A DNA stretch of 47,432 nt, filler included, from Dirinaria sp. TL-2023a (taxonomy: Eukaryota), in NCBI GenBank assembly GCA_051941275.1. It is 2 parts of 2 records of this genome, joined end to end, with 100 filler letters (N's around TTAATTAATTAA, not from the genome) between each part and the next. Parts side by side here need not be neighbours in the genome. Positions count along the whole stretch, not along the records: positions 1 to 23,669 come from JAVEBF010000199.1; 1 more part is not named here. One strand, 5' to 3'. How positions within the stretch are numbered: the first letter of the stretch is position 1; each line of letters begins with the position of its first letter. The notes below the pieces were generated by a model. That model was not told the origin of the DNA. It was given only the letters and a program-made list of their open reading frames with translations, and did no database searches. This document shows, in pieces, positions 1 to 12,223 of this stretch. The position numbers and the translations under genes are program-made.

Positions 1-324
1 GGAAACAACCTAAGCCGAAGACTCTCCGCCCCGGATGAGTCGCCAGTTCCAGCCCGAGGTCGCCTATCCTTCATTCGATGAGTCCATGGATTGACACGCT
101 TCCTTAATCAAATACCGTAAGGTAGTTCGTTAGATCGTTCCAATCTCTCCAGTCGTCAGTTTGCCCGCTAGCCGCTCTCGACTAAGGTAGGTACTATCAT
201 CAAAATTATATCTTCTCTGGCAGCCTTCCCATCACAAATGCCAGATCAGAAAATCTCTGACTGTTTCGACGCTCCAATTTCGGATAAACCTTCAGCTGGC
301 AAACCGCCTTCGATTCGGAACAAC

Positions 325-872
325 ATGCGTCTATTCGTATCCGTCCTTTCCCTGGCCACAATACTTCTCGCCGCTTTTGCCCACAGAACACCCAACGCTA
401 GCCAGGAGGTAGGCAGAAACTCCTCGACTGCTGAACTGAGTCTGCAACCACCGACTTTCAAGTACAATCACGTCGGCTTTTCCGTTGCAGACCTTCCTGC
501 TCAGATCAAGTGGTACAGCGATATCTTTGGCTTTCACAAATTGGTCCTCAATTATACACCGATCTGGAGCCCATAATCCACAAGTTCCAGCTGATGAACA
601 GCATTAGTACCGTCGTCGAGCTGTCACAACGCGCCAATTCGAGCCGCCTGAAGGCCGACAAGATCATCAACCCCTTGGAACGTGCCGTGTACCAAGGCAT
701 TTTCCACCTGGCGCTCAAGGTCGACGACCTCAACGCAACATATACGTACCTTGGTCATAGAGGTGTGACTTTGGTGGCACCGCCTTCTTGTGTTGACCCA
801 TACGGCTGCTCGGCTTTTGTAGCGGATCCGGAGGAGAACCTTATCGAAATCGTGCACTACAATTTTGATTAG
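325..872 (+). pseudogene. Secreted VOC-superfamily (glyoxalase/bleomycin-resistance/dioxygenase) protein with one frameshift near 553-558
   Basis: ATG at 325 gives a hydrophobic leader MRLFVSVLSLATILLAAFA, then NHVGFSVADL...WYSDIFGF. A second frame continues with VVEL...GIFHLALKVDDL...AFVADPEENLIEI, the two beta-alpha-beta-beta-beta halves of a VOC fold. No plausible intron spans the frame change at aattatacacc. It could be a sequencing error rather than a true pseudogene. Confidence 0.75.
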
Positions 873-2243
873 GAGATCATGCGAATGCCCAAAGCCGTCT
901 TGAAAGAAGGTTCAGAGGGTGGGACATGGTGCGGTTGTTAGTTTTGAGGTTATTGGTTCATATTATTGGCGCCCCTTGTTAATTCATGACGCTTCCAGCA
1001 CATTCGGAAAAGCATCTGATGGCAGTCTTCATGTTCTTTTCTTTACGACGTAGCGCGGCTGCCGTTTGATAAATATCTGCGTATAGTGCGCGCTGCTCTG
1101 CTTATCGATGGATATGGCCCTGTTGATTGAAATATCACTGCTATTTCACTGCTGTCACCTGAACCATTCCAACCGTTTTGAGCAGACGCTTCCGTTTTCA
1201 ACGGCCAGTACTTAGGGTGACGTGCAGCGGAATACAGATTCGTCATCCGGTGGTTAATAGAACTCCTCGTTCCACTTGTGTCTACAAACACTCCAACGGG
1301 CAATTTCAAGCCTTTAGTGGTGCTACACGCCAATAGCTCATTCCTAGAATGTTTTTAGTCGAGAACTCGTGTCAAGGGAGAATAATTTGCGATCGTCTTC
1401 TGATTCTGCCCTTCAGCAATTTCCGCATTCTTCTTTTCCATTTCACTTGCTCCTTCAAGTGCCCAGTCTTTCTTTGCATCCTAGGATTTTTATTTCCCGT
1501 AAGCTTGTTTCTTCTTCGCTTTCTACGCTTTATGTGGAGGGTTCTCGATCTCGGAGCTATAGGATCTTGTTTTTGGCCTTTCATGATACCTATGTCGTAT
1601 CGAAAGTCCGCACGCTTAGCGGTTGTGGGTTTCGGTTTTTGTATATAATTATATCAAGCTCGATCTCCTACAGGCCTATCTTCGATCTGGCGAAATCACA
1701 GGACTGAGTGGCTAGTCCGTTCGTTTTCGGTCTAAGGACCTCCATTTCGGTGTTGCGCAGGACAGAAGACATTGTAAAGCCTAAAGTCCAACTCGTGGCC
1801 GTTGCGGTCTTATTAATCTTACTTAGCTCTAATCACTCGATCTGTGGCTCTCACAGTAGAAGCGTCGATGGATTGCGACCCGAATGTCCGCTCTGAAATA
1901 GTTCCACACAGTGTCTCTAGACGCTCTTCGTTCGATTAGAAAGCGTACCGGTATGGCCAACTTTTTGCATACATAAAGTCGGGGTTCTCTGTCCAGTAAT
2001 TTTCGGAATTGGCCCAGCCCTATTTTAAGGCATCCATCTCACCTGAAGGAGCCAGTACTTACATGGCTCATCTTTCTTTGTGGGTTCTAAGGGGTAGTCG
2101 GGCATTGTTATCATTATCGCGAAGTGGTATCCCTACCACCTTCTGTATGTATTTGAGTTCGGGTTCTTCCACGATAGTTTCTACCTCAACTTCATTCCGT
2201 TCAAATATACAACAAATTTCCATTCGTTATCGCCTTGGGAAAT

Positions 2244-4767
2244 ATGACCGTGCCTGGGCTATCTCAGAAGCTCCGAAGACGGGCCGCAGCACTTCTTGAT
2301 TTTTGAAAATGGCTTTGGCTCATTTTCATCGGTCACATACGACACTGCTTGGGTGTCCATGGTTCAGAAAAAGGAGACGGGAGTGGAACTGTGGCGTTTT
2401 CCGATATGTTGTCAGTATCTGCTAGATACTAAAGGGACAGATGGTGGCTGGCGCTCGGGCATATTGGTCGATGGAACGGACACTATACTCAACAGCATGG
2501 CTGCTCTGCTAGCATTTAAGAAGCATATAACGGAGCCCAGTAACTGCGCGATACCCCACGATATGGATCTGCGGACACACAAGGCAAAGATGTTAGTGCA
2601 GAACAAGATGAATTTTAGGATATGGAAAGCAGTGAACGTGTTGGATTTGAGATTTTGGTCCTCACCTTTCTTCGACTGCTTGAATCTGAGGGCAAATGCT
2701 TTGAGATCCCCAAACTTCCGGTCCTGATGGCTCTCAACACTAAAGAATTGGGGAGAATCGAGCTTCAATCGTTGTATGGGCCGACCAAGGATACCATGTT
2801 CCACTCGTTCGAGGCCTTTATTGGGAGAATTGACTTTGATAAATTGAGTCATCACAAGGTATCCGGTAGTATGACGTGCTCTTCATCCTCAACAGCGGCG
2901 TAATTGAGGCATTATTCTCGTTGGGATGAAGAAGCTGAGCAACATTACTTGTCGGATGTTATTGTTTGCGGCTCTAGGAAGGCGTTGGTGGTGTTTCAAG
3001 TGCCATTCCCACTCCAGTATTCGAGTTAAGTTGGGTACGCATATTACTCCAATAATAAGCCGAACCGATCTAACATATCCAAGTTCTCTCTACCCTTGTC
3101 CTTTCCGGACTCACAGCAGATCAGTTGGGACATGAGAACGTTGTAAGGATTGGTGACTTCTTGGACGTTATCTATAAGCAGGACATGAGCTCGTTGGATT
3201 TGGTGAGATTTCGTAGACGCAACTCAACGTTGACGTACCAGCAGCTAAAATAAGTCAGCACCCTATTTGCTACCGCACGCGGATGATACTGCAAAGACAA
3301 TACTCTTACTCAATCTCATCGGAAAATCTGCATCCGCAGTGAAAATGCTTGCCGAATTTGAGGCAGATGACCATTTCAAAACGTATACAAGAGAGAGAAA
3401 ACCAAGCTTCAGTGCTAATTGCAACGCCTTATATTCTCTGCTCTCGCCTTTATTCGCTCAAGAGCCCACATGGAGACTTCGAGCTTCGCTGACGGAAGGA
3501 TATCTCTTTCTTCCACAGCTGAAGGAGAAGTCGAGAAAGATTCTCCCCAGAGGTGCTATGGTTGAGGATAAGTACTTGGAGTACATTCCTCTGACGTGGA
3601 CAGCAATCAACATTCTGAAGAGGAGTTATCCGAGCGCCAGCGTTTTGCAGGAAACGACGGTTATTTCAATGCTCAATTACCAAGCTGATGAGTACATGGA
3701 GGCCGTTGTTGGGAGACACTACAGTCATAAGCTTCAGCCAATCGAATATATTACCCAGGAGCTATGCGAGGAGCCCGGAAAAATAGTGAAGGGTTTCAAT
3801 GGTCTAGCCTCGAAAAAGATCGATTTCCGTGACCAAGTGCCTACGAAAGGCAACCCTATGATCAGCGCAGAAAACTCCTCGTTCCTTGAAAGCAGAATCC
3901 TCGACCTAGCCAGTGGAAGAGATTGCCCGGAGATACTGGATACCGATAAAGGTAGCTTAGCATTTACAAACACTGTCCATGATCAACCGTCTGCTTCAAT
4001 GAACAAAACCGGAGTCCACGAAGTCGGGAACGAAGCCGGAACCATGTACTCCTCGGAAACACTGTCTCGACACGTTAAAGCACCGTCTTGATCAAATCCT
4101 CAAATATGTACTGTGCCATCCCAGAGTCGCCACTGCGAGTACCAGAGCTCAGACGATTCTGAGACAAGAGATCAAAACTTTTCTTCGGGCCCATGTGACT
4201 CAGACCGAGGATCATCTCAAACTCTCACAGCAAGACTTCTCCATATCGACGACAGTACCTTTCCTCAGCCCACAAGTTACATGTTATCGTTGGGTGCACA
4301 CAACATCTGCAGACCACACTTCTTGTTTTTACTCGTTTGCATTCTTCATTTGTCTCGTCAGTAGCGGTAGATCTGATTGTTTCAAGGATGCAATATCAAA
4401 GGATTAGGCTCAGGACTTGTGCTCATATCTTGCTGTAATGTGCCGACAATGTAATGACTATGGCTCTATTGCACGAGACAGGATCGAATGCAATCTTAAA
4501 AGCATCAATTTTTCAGAATTCCGCCCCACAGGAGTCCACATCGATGGTCAGCAGAATGAAGATAAAGTCCAGGAAAAGGAAGATGCGCTCAAATCGGCTC
4601 TGTTCGGGATCGCCGAATATGAGCGCGAAAGTCTCGTGCGAGCATCGCAGAGCTTGAAAAAGGTAGTATCGACTAAAGTGGCAAAGGTGCTGGATTTGTT
4701 TGTGGGAGTCACGGACTTGTACGGTCAAATAAACGTGGCTAAAGACATAGCGAGTCTCATGAATTAG
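2244..4767 (+). pseudogene. Degraded fungal bifunctional diterpene synthase (copalyl-diphosphate/ent-kaurene synthase-like, class II + class I)
   Basis: Collinear motifs across several frames: YDTAWVSMV, DGGW, VGFEIL, HSFEAFIGRIDFD, GSM..SSSTAA, GGVSSAIPTPVFELSW, HADDTAK (DxDD position), FKTY..ERKPSFSANCNAL, YLEYIPLTW, NYQADEYME, WVHTTSADHTSC, NDYGSIARD, VTDLYGQI. Lesions: frameshifts near 2300, 2610 and 2975, and in-frame stops at 2901-2903 and 4405-4407. Confidence 0.88.
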
Positions 4768-5190
4768 ATAAGAACGTCATGACTAAGAAGAGTAGAAGCT
4801 CTCAATGATTCAGACAGTATAATGCCTCCCAAGAATCAATTTTTGATCAGATCTGTCGCAGGATCAAAAACTTGGTTCGGAGCGTTTTTGACTTAGATTG
4901 TCTGGTATCCTTTGATGAGGCGAGAAATGGAATACCTGAAGCTTAGCGGTTCCTTTTTTTAAAAAAGCCTCGTCAAAGAACGAGAATCATCTGCGAAAAG
5001 TGAGGCATATTATTATGTTGAGCAAATATTTAAGGTGGAATAATAATGCATTGAAGTGTTCAAGCTTCCTGCAATCTACCTGAAACGATCTTCGGAAGTG
5101 ATGATAAGATAATCACTTTATAGATCTCATTCGCGACATCGAGACTCGTGAGTTTAATCAGCTTGATGAACATATTCTTCGCCTGCAAAC

Positions 5191-7495
5191 ATGAATCGAA
5201 CAGGTACGTCTGCATGCTCTTTTCCCTATTCTCTACATTTTGGACTTTGCGGTCCATGCTTGCCTCTTAACGGATTGCAAGTATTGAAAATTCACAGATG
5301 CTACAGCAGTATAGCTGTTGATCTTGACTGATGGTCCGTTCAAACAAATTTATTGAGATGGAGGTCGCTTCGTCTCTCAAAAATCATGGAGTGATGTTGA
5401 ATGGACTATTACAGCGAAAGCTAACTGCGTGATCCGTGACAGGGCCTACACCGCAACCACTCCGCTTCTCTGGCTTTGCCAGTCAACAAGCCTCCCAGAA
5501 TCGAAACACATCACTGGGGTCGGCTAGATTGCAGAATAGCAAGCTTGGTGTGTCTCCCACAACTTATATGAACAGTATAGCTTCGTCAGTCAGCTGACCA
5601 AGTGATTTTGGTGGAAGGTAACGGCACATCGTGGAGCTTCGGTGGAGCAAATAATACAAATGGCGGACCAACTATTCAAAGTCTCCAGGGCAGACAGCCT
5701 GGTACAGGCTCTAGCAGCTTCGCACAGACAATAGGAGGATCCCAAATTGCGACACCGCTCGATCTATCGTAAGGCGACACGCTATGGATGATTGCCCCTC
5801 TCATTTTCTTCCGCAGAATTGCTACCTTGCTATGCGTCTGACCTTGTCAAATGCTAACGTCACCTTCTCCTGCAGTGAATTCCCGTCCTTATCTGGAGCA
5901 CCTCAGCCACACTACCATAATACGGGTCAAGCCGTATGGGCAAACGCAAATCAAAGAGCCGTACAGCACACGCCTGTGCAAAGACCGCAACAGCAACTTC
6001 CAGTCAGTGTACAGAGCAACAATCAACAACAGCAACATAATCATCAGGGGCAGGAACCGGCTCAACGGAGTGCTGAAGACTTGTTTACTGCAAGCTCACA
6101 GTTTGCTTGCGGCTTAGACGACTATCGTAACGGTGGCCAAGGAGGAGTAGGTCAATTGTCTGGGACTGGGCAGCCTCAGACTGGCAACATCGAAGAATTT
6201 CCACCATTAGCGCGTAATGGCACGGATGAAGCAGGGCAGGATCGACGAGGGAGTTTGATGCAGAACGCAGCTTTCGGCAACTTTCCTAATCCTAATAATT
6301 TCAACCTCTCACAGAACTCGATTCAAGGTCACCAGGCCCTGCAAAACGCGTCCAGCAATCAGGCGGACAGAGTCTCCTCTACTTTAGCGGATAGGATAAT
6401 GTCTCCTGGCGTAATGGGATTTGGTGGTGCGAGCATCTTGATCTTTAGAAACTAGACTCAAACTGACAACTAATAATCAGCAACGGCAAGATCTCCAGGA
6501 GACTCGGTTCGGCTGAACCAAGGCGCAATATCTGAGCAGGAGAAGAATGTCGGTCCTTTTCCAGAACATTCTTATACTCAAAGTCTCACTTCGGTCTTAG
6601 GGTATTCCGGCAGGCCGAGACCGAGAGCAAGCCGGCCACCACTTCCAGAGCCTGCTCCCAAACTTCCAAGATTCGCAAGCGACGCCACAACAGTCCTCTC
6701 AAACTCAACAGCAGATGCGACTACAACAAAGCTACAAGGGTGCACCACCAGATTCACCAGCTGCTACGCCAGAACAAGGCTCACATCTGAGTGAGCTTGA
6801 TCGCTTTGGTCTAGCTGGCTTACTTGCGACTGTTCGAAGCGGAAACCCTGACGTAGCAAGTCTTGCCATAGGCCAGGATCTCAACCAGCTTGGTCTGAAC
6901 TTGAACTCCATAGAGTAAGGGTCCTGAACTGTGTCCTCCGCTGACGCTGATGCACATATACAGACCCTTGTACCCGACATTCGCCGGGCCGTTCGCGGAG
7001 TCTGGATCAAGGCCACTGCAACCGGATTTCAAGCTGCCTGAGTGCTATACGGTAGACAACGTCCACAGAGTGCGAGAGAAGATTCCTGGCTTCTCTGACG
7101 AGACGCTGTTCTGGATATTCTATACGCAGCCACGAGACATCATGCAGGAACTAGCTGCTACGGAGCTGTCAGTATCCACTAAAGTCCCCATTCTTTGCTT
7201 GCCTGTGCGGCTAACCTGAATAGTAGTACTAATCGTAATTGGAGGTATCACAAGGAGCTCATGATGTGGTTAACGAAGGACCCGGCCTTTCCCGAGCCAA
7301 CCCCAATAAGTACAGAAGCCGAGCGAGGGAGTTATATTTTCTTCAATCACCAAACATGGCAGAGAGCAAGGGTAGGGAAAGCGAAGTGATCTATACTACA
7401 AATTCTGCTAACGCGGCATGCAGTCGGAATTTGTGTTGAACTATGATGCTTTGGATAATCATATACCTGTGCGACAAAACGGGGCTATGGCCTGA
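5191..7495 (+). CDS. NOT2: CCR4-NOT complex subunit NOT2 (multi-exon)
   Basis: Exon 1 MNRT|gtacgt at 5191 (intron 5204-5442) joins GPTPQPLR. A Q-rich N-terminus precedes a C-terminal NOT-box: DRFGLAGLL...LAIGQDL..LGLNLNS, PLYPTFAGPF, FSDETLFWIFY.QPRD.MQELAA.EL, RNWRYHKEL..WLT, ERGSYIFF, EFVLNYDAL, then TGA at 7493-7495. Confidence 0.92.
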
Positions 7496-8148
7496 GGATC
7501 GAAGGATATACCCCTCAATAGTCTGCGGAAGATGGCCCATGCAGAGGCTCATGCACAGGTGCTGTGAGGGAAAGCGTACTGTATGTAGCCAATTGTACCC
7601 CCAGGTGCTAAGGCAATCCCTAACTGCTATTACCTTGAAAATGTAAGTCGAGGAATTTATCTTATGGCTACCTTACGCCCTTACGCCTTTCAACATCTTG
7701 TGCTAGAGTGTGGACCCTGTGATGTCATAGCAAGATCATTGAGACTACATCAACTCAGTGCCTTCCTTACTTTAAGCCACAGATTCAGGAACAGTCAGCG
7801 CCAGTGTCTGGTGAAGTCAATTTGAAAAAGAAAATTGTGGCACAGGTTCCAAGTTGGTCGATGGGGCTCTGTAATGAAAGATCTAAAGTACCTTATGTTG
7901 AACTCATTAGAAGTAACGGAAGGCACTGAAAACCGTACCTTGCTGATTCCGTAGGAACGGCCTGGACTGACAGAGATCTGGCTTCGGGACACTTTTGTGA
8001 CCCATCGTAATACCATTTCCTTCGTATGATTGCAGCCCATCACAGTCTTACAACCTAAGTTGCTGTGAGTAACGGCGGTGTAGCTCTGCGTGTGGTTGCA
8101 ATATCTCCATTTCCCCAGTGCATGAGCACCACTGCTCTGAAACTTCAG

Positions 8149-9308
8149 ATGCCTTGGACAGACATTGCTGCATTGCTAGGTGACGAGGTTGCGGATCCTG
8201 ACGAAGGTAGTCTTATCCTGCTCGATCGTGTCAACAAAACTCAGGACCCCTAGAATCCTTTCTTCTCTTCTCGCAGTCTAGATCATCACTCGACTTAGGA
8301 ATGATGGATCCAAAGGCCACGAGCCTGGAACTTACGGTTGCTGGCAAGGATTTCTGTATACAGCAATCACCCACCATGCTGGCTTCAAACCGACCGGGCG
8401 GTACCACGGGAGCAGGTAAGTGTATTCATCTTCACCTTTTTTGGGCAGCTTGTCTGATGTTTGAGTGCTATTTCAGCGGTCTGGAGAGTCTCACCGTTGT
8501 TCGCTGAGTGGATCGCTTCGTCGAATAATTTTCTGTTCAAATCCGACCTGATTGGTAGAGACTCGACTGTGCTTGAGCTGGGATGTGGTATTTCTGCAGT
8601 GCTTGCCATGACTATGGCTCCAAAAGTACAACGGTATATTTCAACTGACCAAGATTATGTAAGTTATGTTTTTGCTCAGATGTAATCGCTTCCTTCACTT
8701 TTGCTACAGACTTTACAGCTGGTCTTCTGAGAGCCGTGCTTTTGATTAGTAATTCATCATCTTTTGTTCTTGCCTCGGAAATGATTGCTGACCTCGCTAT
8801 CGTCAAGTGCCTCAAGACTCTTAGGCACAATCTTGCGGTAAATGCGGGCTTGCCGAAAGTATTATCAGGGTCCAAACACCGTGCTCAGACGAAAGATTCC
8901 CGTACAGTAACGAATGATACAAATATCGAGGTGCTTGCTCTTGACTGGGAGCATAGCTGCCTTGCTAACTTACCCCAAACCCTTGGGATTACCGATACCG
9001 AAAGCAGCCTTGACTTGGTTGTGGCATGCGATTGCATTTACAATGAAGCCCTTGTCAACCATTTCGTAAGGACTTGTATCGATCTCTGCTGCTCTTTCAG
9101 CCCAGGTCCTTCGAGAAAGCCTACTCTATGTATGATAGCACAGCAGTTGCGCTCGCACGATGTTTTTGAAGCGTGGCTAGCCGCTTTTCATGAGAAGTTC
9201 CATGTCTGGAGAGTGCCAGACGAAATGCTTACCAGTGGCTTAAAAACTGGGTCAGGATTTGCTGTACATATTGGCCTGTTGCGCGACGAGTTTAGACGCA
9301 CGGAGTGA
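8149..9308 (+). CDS. RKM5: Seven-beta-strand (family 16) protein-lysine methyltransferase, RKM5-like (4 exons)
   Basis: QQSP.ML.S.R.GGTTGA|AVWRVSPLFAEW, SAM motif I VLELGCGIS, TDQDY, LDWE and DLVVACDCIYNEALV, then QQLRSHDVFEAWL. GT-AG introns join the ORF fragments in frame. Confidence 0.8.
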
Positions 9309-11039
9309 GGGGACGTCAAATTTTCACTGTGATAATAGCGCTCGAAATCTCGATATTGTTTGTGGAGCTTCATTCATGGCGCAATCGGTACCGTAGTTCA
9401 TTCACGAACTTCCATCCTCAAGATATCAACACCAGAAGAGTGTCCGCATCCTATGACGTTCTAATCATTATAGCTTAGTGTGGGAGACAGAGACGAACGA
9501 GTCGAGAGCACGATCAGATATATAGGTAGACGGCAAAGAAAAAGGTTTACCGCAAGGAACCGCCTGGAAGTGAGATCAGAAATTTGCTAGAGCTAAAGGT
9601 AGGGAAGATATTACTCAATGGAAAAAGAAAACCAAAGAAATCAATATAATTAGTCGCGAAAAGACACACAATACTCTTTTAGATCAGGAGAAGCAGCAAT
9701 TGACGCAAATTTCGCTCATGAATTACGAAAGTCGGAGAGCGGTTCCCAAGCTTCTCTTAAGACAGTCTAAAAGTCCAACATGAATCGGGAAGCTTTTGAT
9801 ATGTAGAACAAAACTGTCGTAAGGTCTATCTGTGCCTAGTAGCATTCTTCATGCAGTCACGATCTGCGAGCATATCCTTGAAGGGAACCGATGCCGACGA
9901 GGTAAAATTTAACATTCTACACACGGCGGATCAGCAATTCAACGTTTGATGCCCAAGAAACTTTTAGACCATTGAAGCGAATCAGCGTGCTGTCTCAAGG
10001 GCGAGTCAACAGTGAATGATTCCCTCCGTCATAGGCACTCTTCAACGGTTTCGGCGGAAGGGCATTGCAAAATTTGCTGATCTTCAGGTCAGGGATTTTT
10101 CTCTTGTTTCTGCTTTTCGTTATGATCAATCTTGAGCATCCAGATGATTAGCCTTTGCTCTCACAAACCACCAGCAAGGATCAAAATGGCTCTAAGCGCA
10201 AGAATGCCGGCTATGCTGAACATAAAAACGCCACCTGATATCCTATTTGATTATTTGCTCTCAAGAATCCAATCCGCCTGAATTTTCTGAAAGAGAGAGC
10301 CTTTACCACACCCCCTCTCGTCAGCGTAACTCTTGGTCAACACTGCCTGACTGGTTGTGACCATTTTGACTCGTTCTGTACAGATTAACACCCCCCTCCT
10401 GCATGTGATTTAAAAGCCGCTGCTTCTGATCCTCATCTTACTTTGTACATATTAGGATACAAAACCAATTTAAGGGAACATTGGCCCCATCATTTGTCGC
10501 TGAAAGATTGCGAATAAGTCATCTACCTGTCTATGTCATGCCTGTACGAATCTTGGTCACATGGAATCTAAGCAAACTGTGTCCTTTGCGATTCCAAAGG
10601 AAAGCCACGACTCGGATTGCGGACATCCGAGAGATTTCTTGAATCTTGAATAACGAGTAATTACAATAGTTGCGTCACTTCTGCAACGATTTTTGGCTTT
10701 TAACCAAAAAATGTTTGCCGTCCCGATTGCCCTTTGATGAATGCCGGGTTTATATTCGTACTTTGGCAGCAATATTTTTTTTAAGAGAGGATCATATAAT
10801 GATTAGTACAATCCTTGTGAGCCACAGTATGAGATCACAATATTACAGATTGATGAGAGATCGGTCTGCTGGGAAAGTAGTCGAGACAGATCTGAAAGAT
10901 AGCAGTTCACCTGTGTGACAAATGCCTTGATACACTGAAAGAACAAGATTGAAGAAGACTTAATAGCGTTGAAATATAGAAAGCCTTACGGTCAGTCGAG
11001 GTACATGCGTACGAGCGCTTTCACCGTCGATCAAGTTTC

Positions 11040-12223
11040 TCAGTCCCTTTTTCCACCAACAACACCACTGCCGGCCCATCCATTTCCGGGGAACGCGTAT
11101 CCCCTCTCTCCCCCCATTCTATCCTTCCCATACCTCCTTAGCCTCCTCGGTAGCTCTACTCCTCTGAAATACGCAAGCGCTCCCATTGCACCACCGCCTG
11201 CACTCAAAAAGCAATAGACCAGCGTGCTAAAATGTACGTGCTCTCCCATGAGATACCTCGTTGCCGTAGTGGACGGGGGCAGATCTGGGGTGGAGTACCA
11301 ATGCACGTTGAGACGGAGGGCGAGCGGGTCCCCAATAATGATGCGCGTCGAAGCAGAAGTTAAGGAAGGTGTCGAATATGCTGTAGCAGCGATGATAGCG
11401 CCTTCTTCGTCATCGGCTAGGCCTTTGCGGCGTTTCTCACTTCGCTGCGCTTGCTCTTTCTTGGTATGCGCGATAGATGTATGTAATACGACGTTCAAGC
11501 GAGGACAAATGTGAAGATGCGACAATTGAAGGGTTCCAGAAAGGGCAAATATTAGAGGAATATAATCATCAGGCTGGGTTTCGATGGAAATAGGCTGTTG
11601 TGAGGTGTCCTTTTTCTTGTCTTCCGTCGGGGCAAAAGGAGGCGAAGAAGCGGCAGCTGGCCGACTTGGGATCCGGCATGTTAAGGGGGCGTCGTTGTGG
11701 ATATAGAACTCGAGGAGATGGAACAGAGGATCGTCAATAATCGGAAGGGTACAGTTGATCTCTGTGACGGTGTGAAGTGTCAGCTGGAGGGACCATTAGG
11801 GCGCACACCAAGGGATCCGGTACCTGACTCGACGCCGTATAGAAGCTCAAGCGATCGTCCCGTCTCATTACAGATAGGGAACGAGACATACTGCAGCTGC
11901 CCAAGGGAATCGGTAATCTGGAAGGGATAAGCCTGGTGCATGCAAGTATTGGAGATTAAGCGTTGGCAATGCGTACATGCTCGCCTGTGTCTCTGTGAAG
12001 AAAAGATAAGGTCAGCGTACTCTGTCGATGAATGCAGCTGAGTTCGAGATTCTCACATTGTCCTATTCAAGCATTGCACTGGGATTAAATCTCCAGGCGC
12101 ATAGCTGGCCTTTGGGCGTTTCGTGTCCGCTTTCTCAGCGTTGACACCTGCTACGAGGACCTGGAAAAAGACTAAAAATACACGACACCACAGCCAGAGA
12201 GTGGATGAGCTCCGAGCTGCCAT
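11040..12223 (-). CDS. Conserved fungal protein of unknown function: signal peptide, luminal domain, one C-terminal TM segment (4 exons, including a 16-nt micro-exon at 11977-11992)
   Basis: Hand splicing gives MAARSSSTLWLWCRVFLVFFQVLVAGVNA...GDLIPVQCLNRTI|DTGEH|ITDSLGQLQYVSFPICNETG...FHLLEFYIHNDAPLTCRIP...YIPLIFALSGTLQLSHLHI, which runs into ORF 11040..11525 (TM STLVYCFLSAGGGAMGALAYF, ends GGKRD). Splice sites are canonical and phases consistent. Confidence 0.8.
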
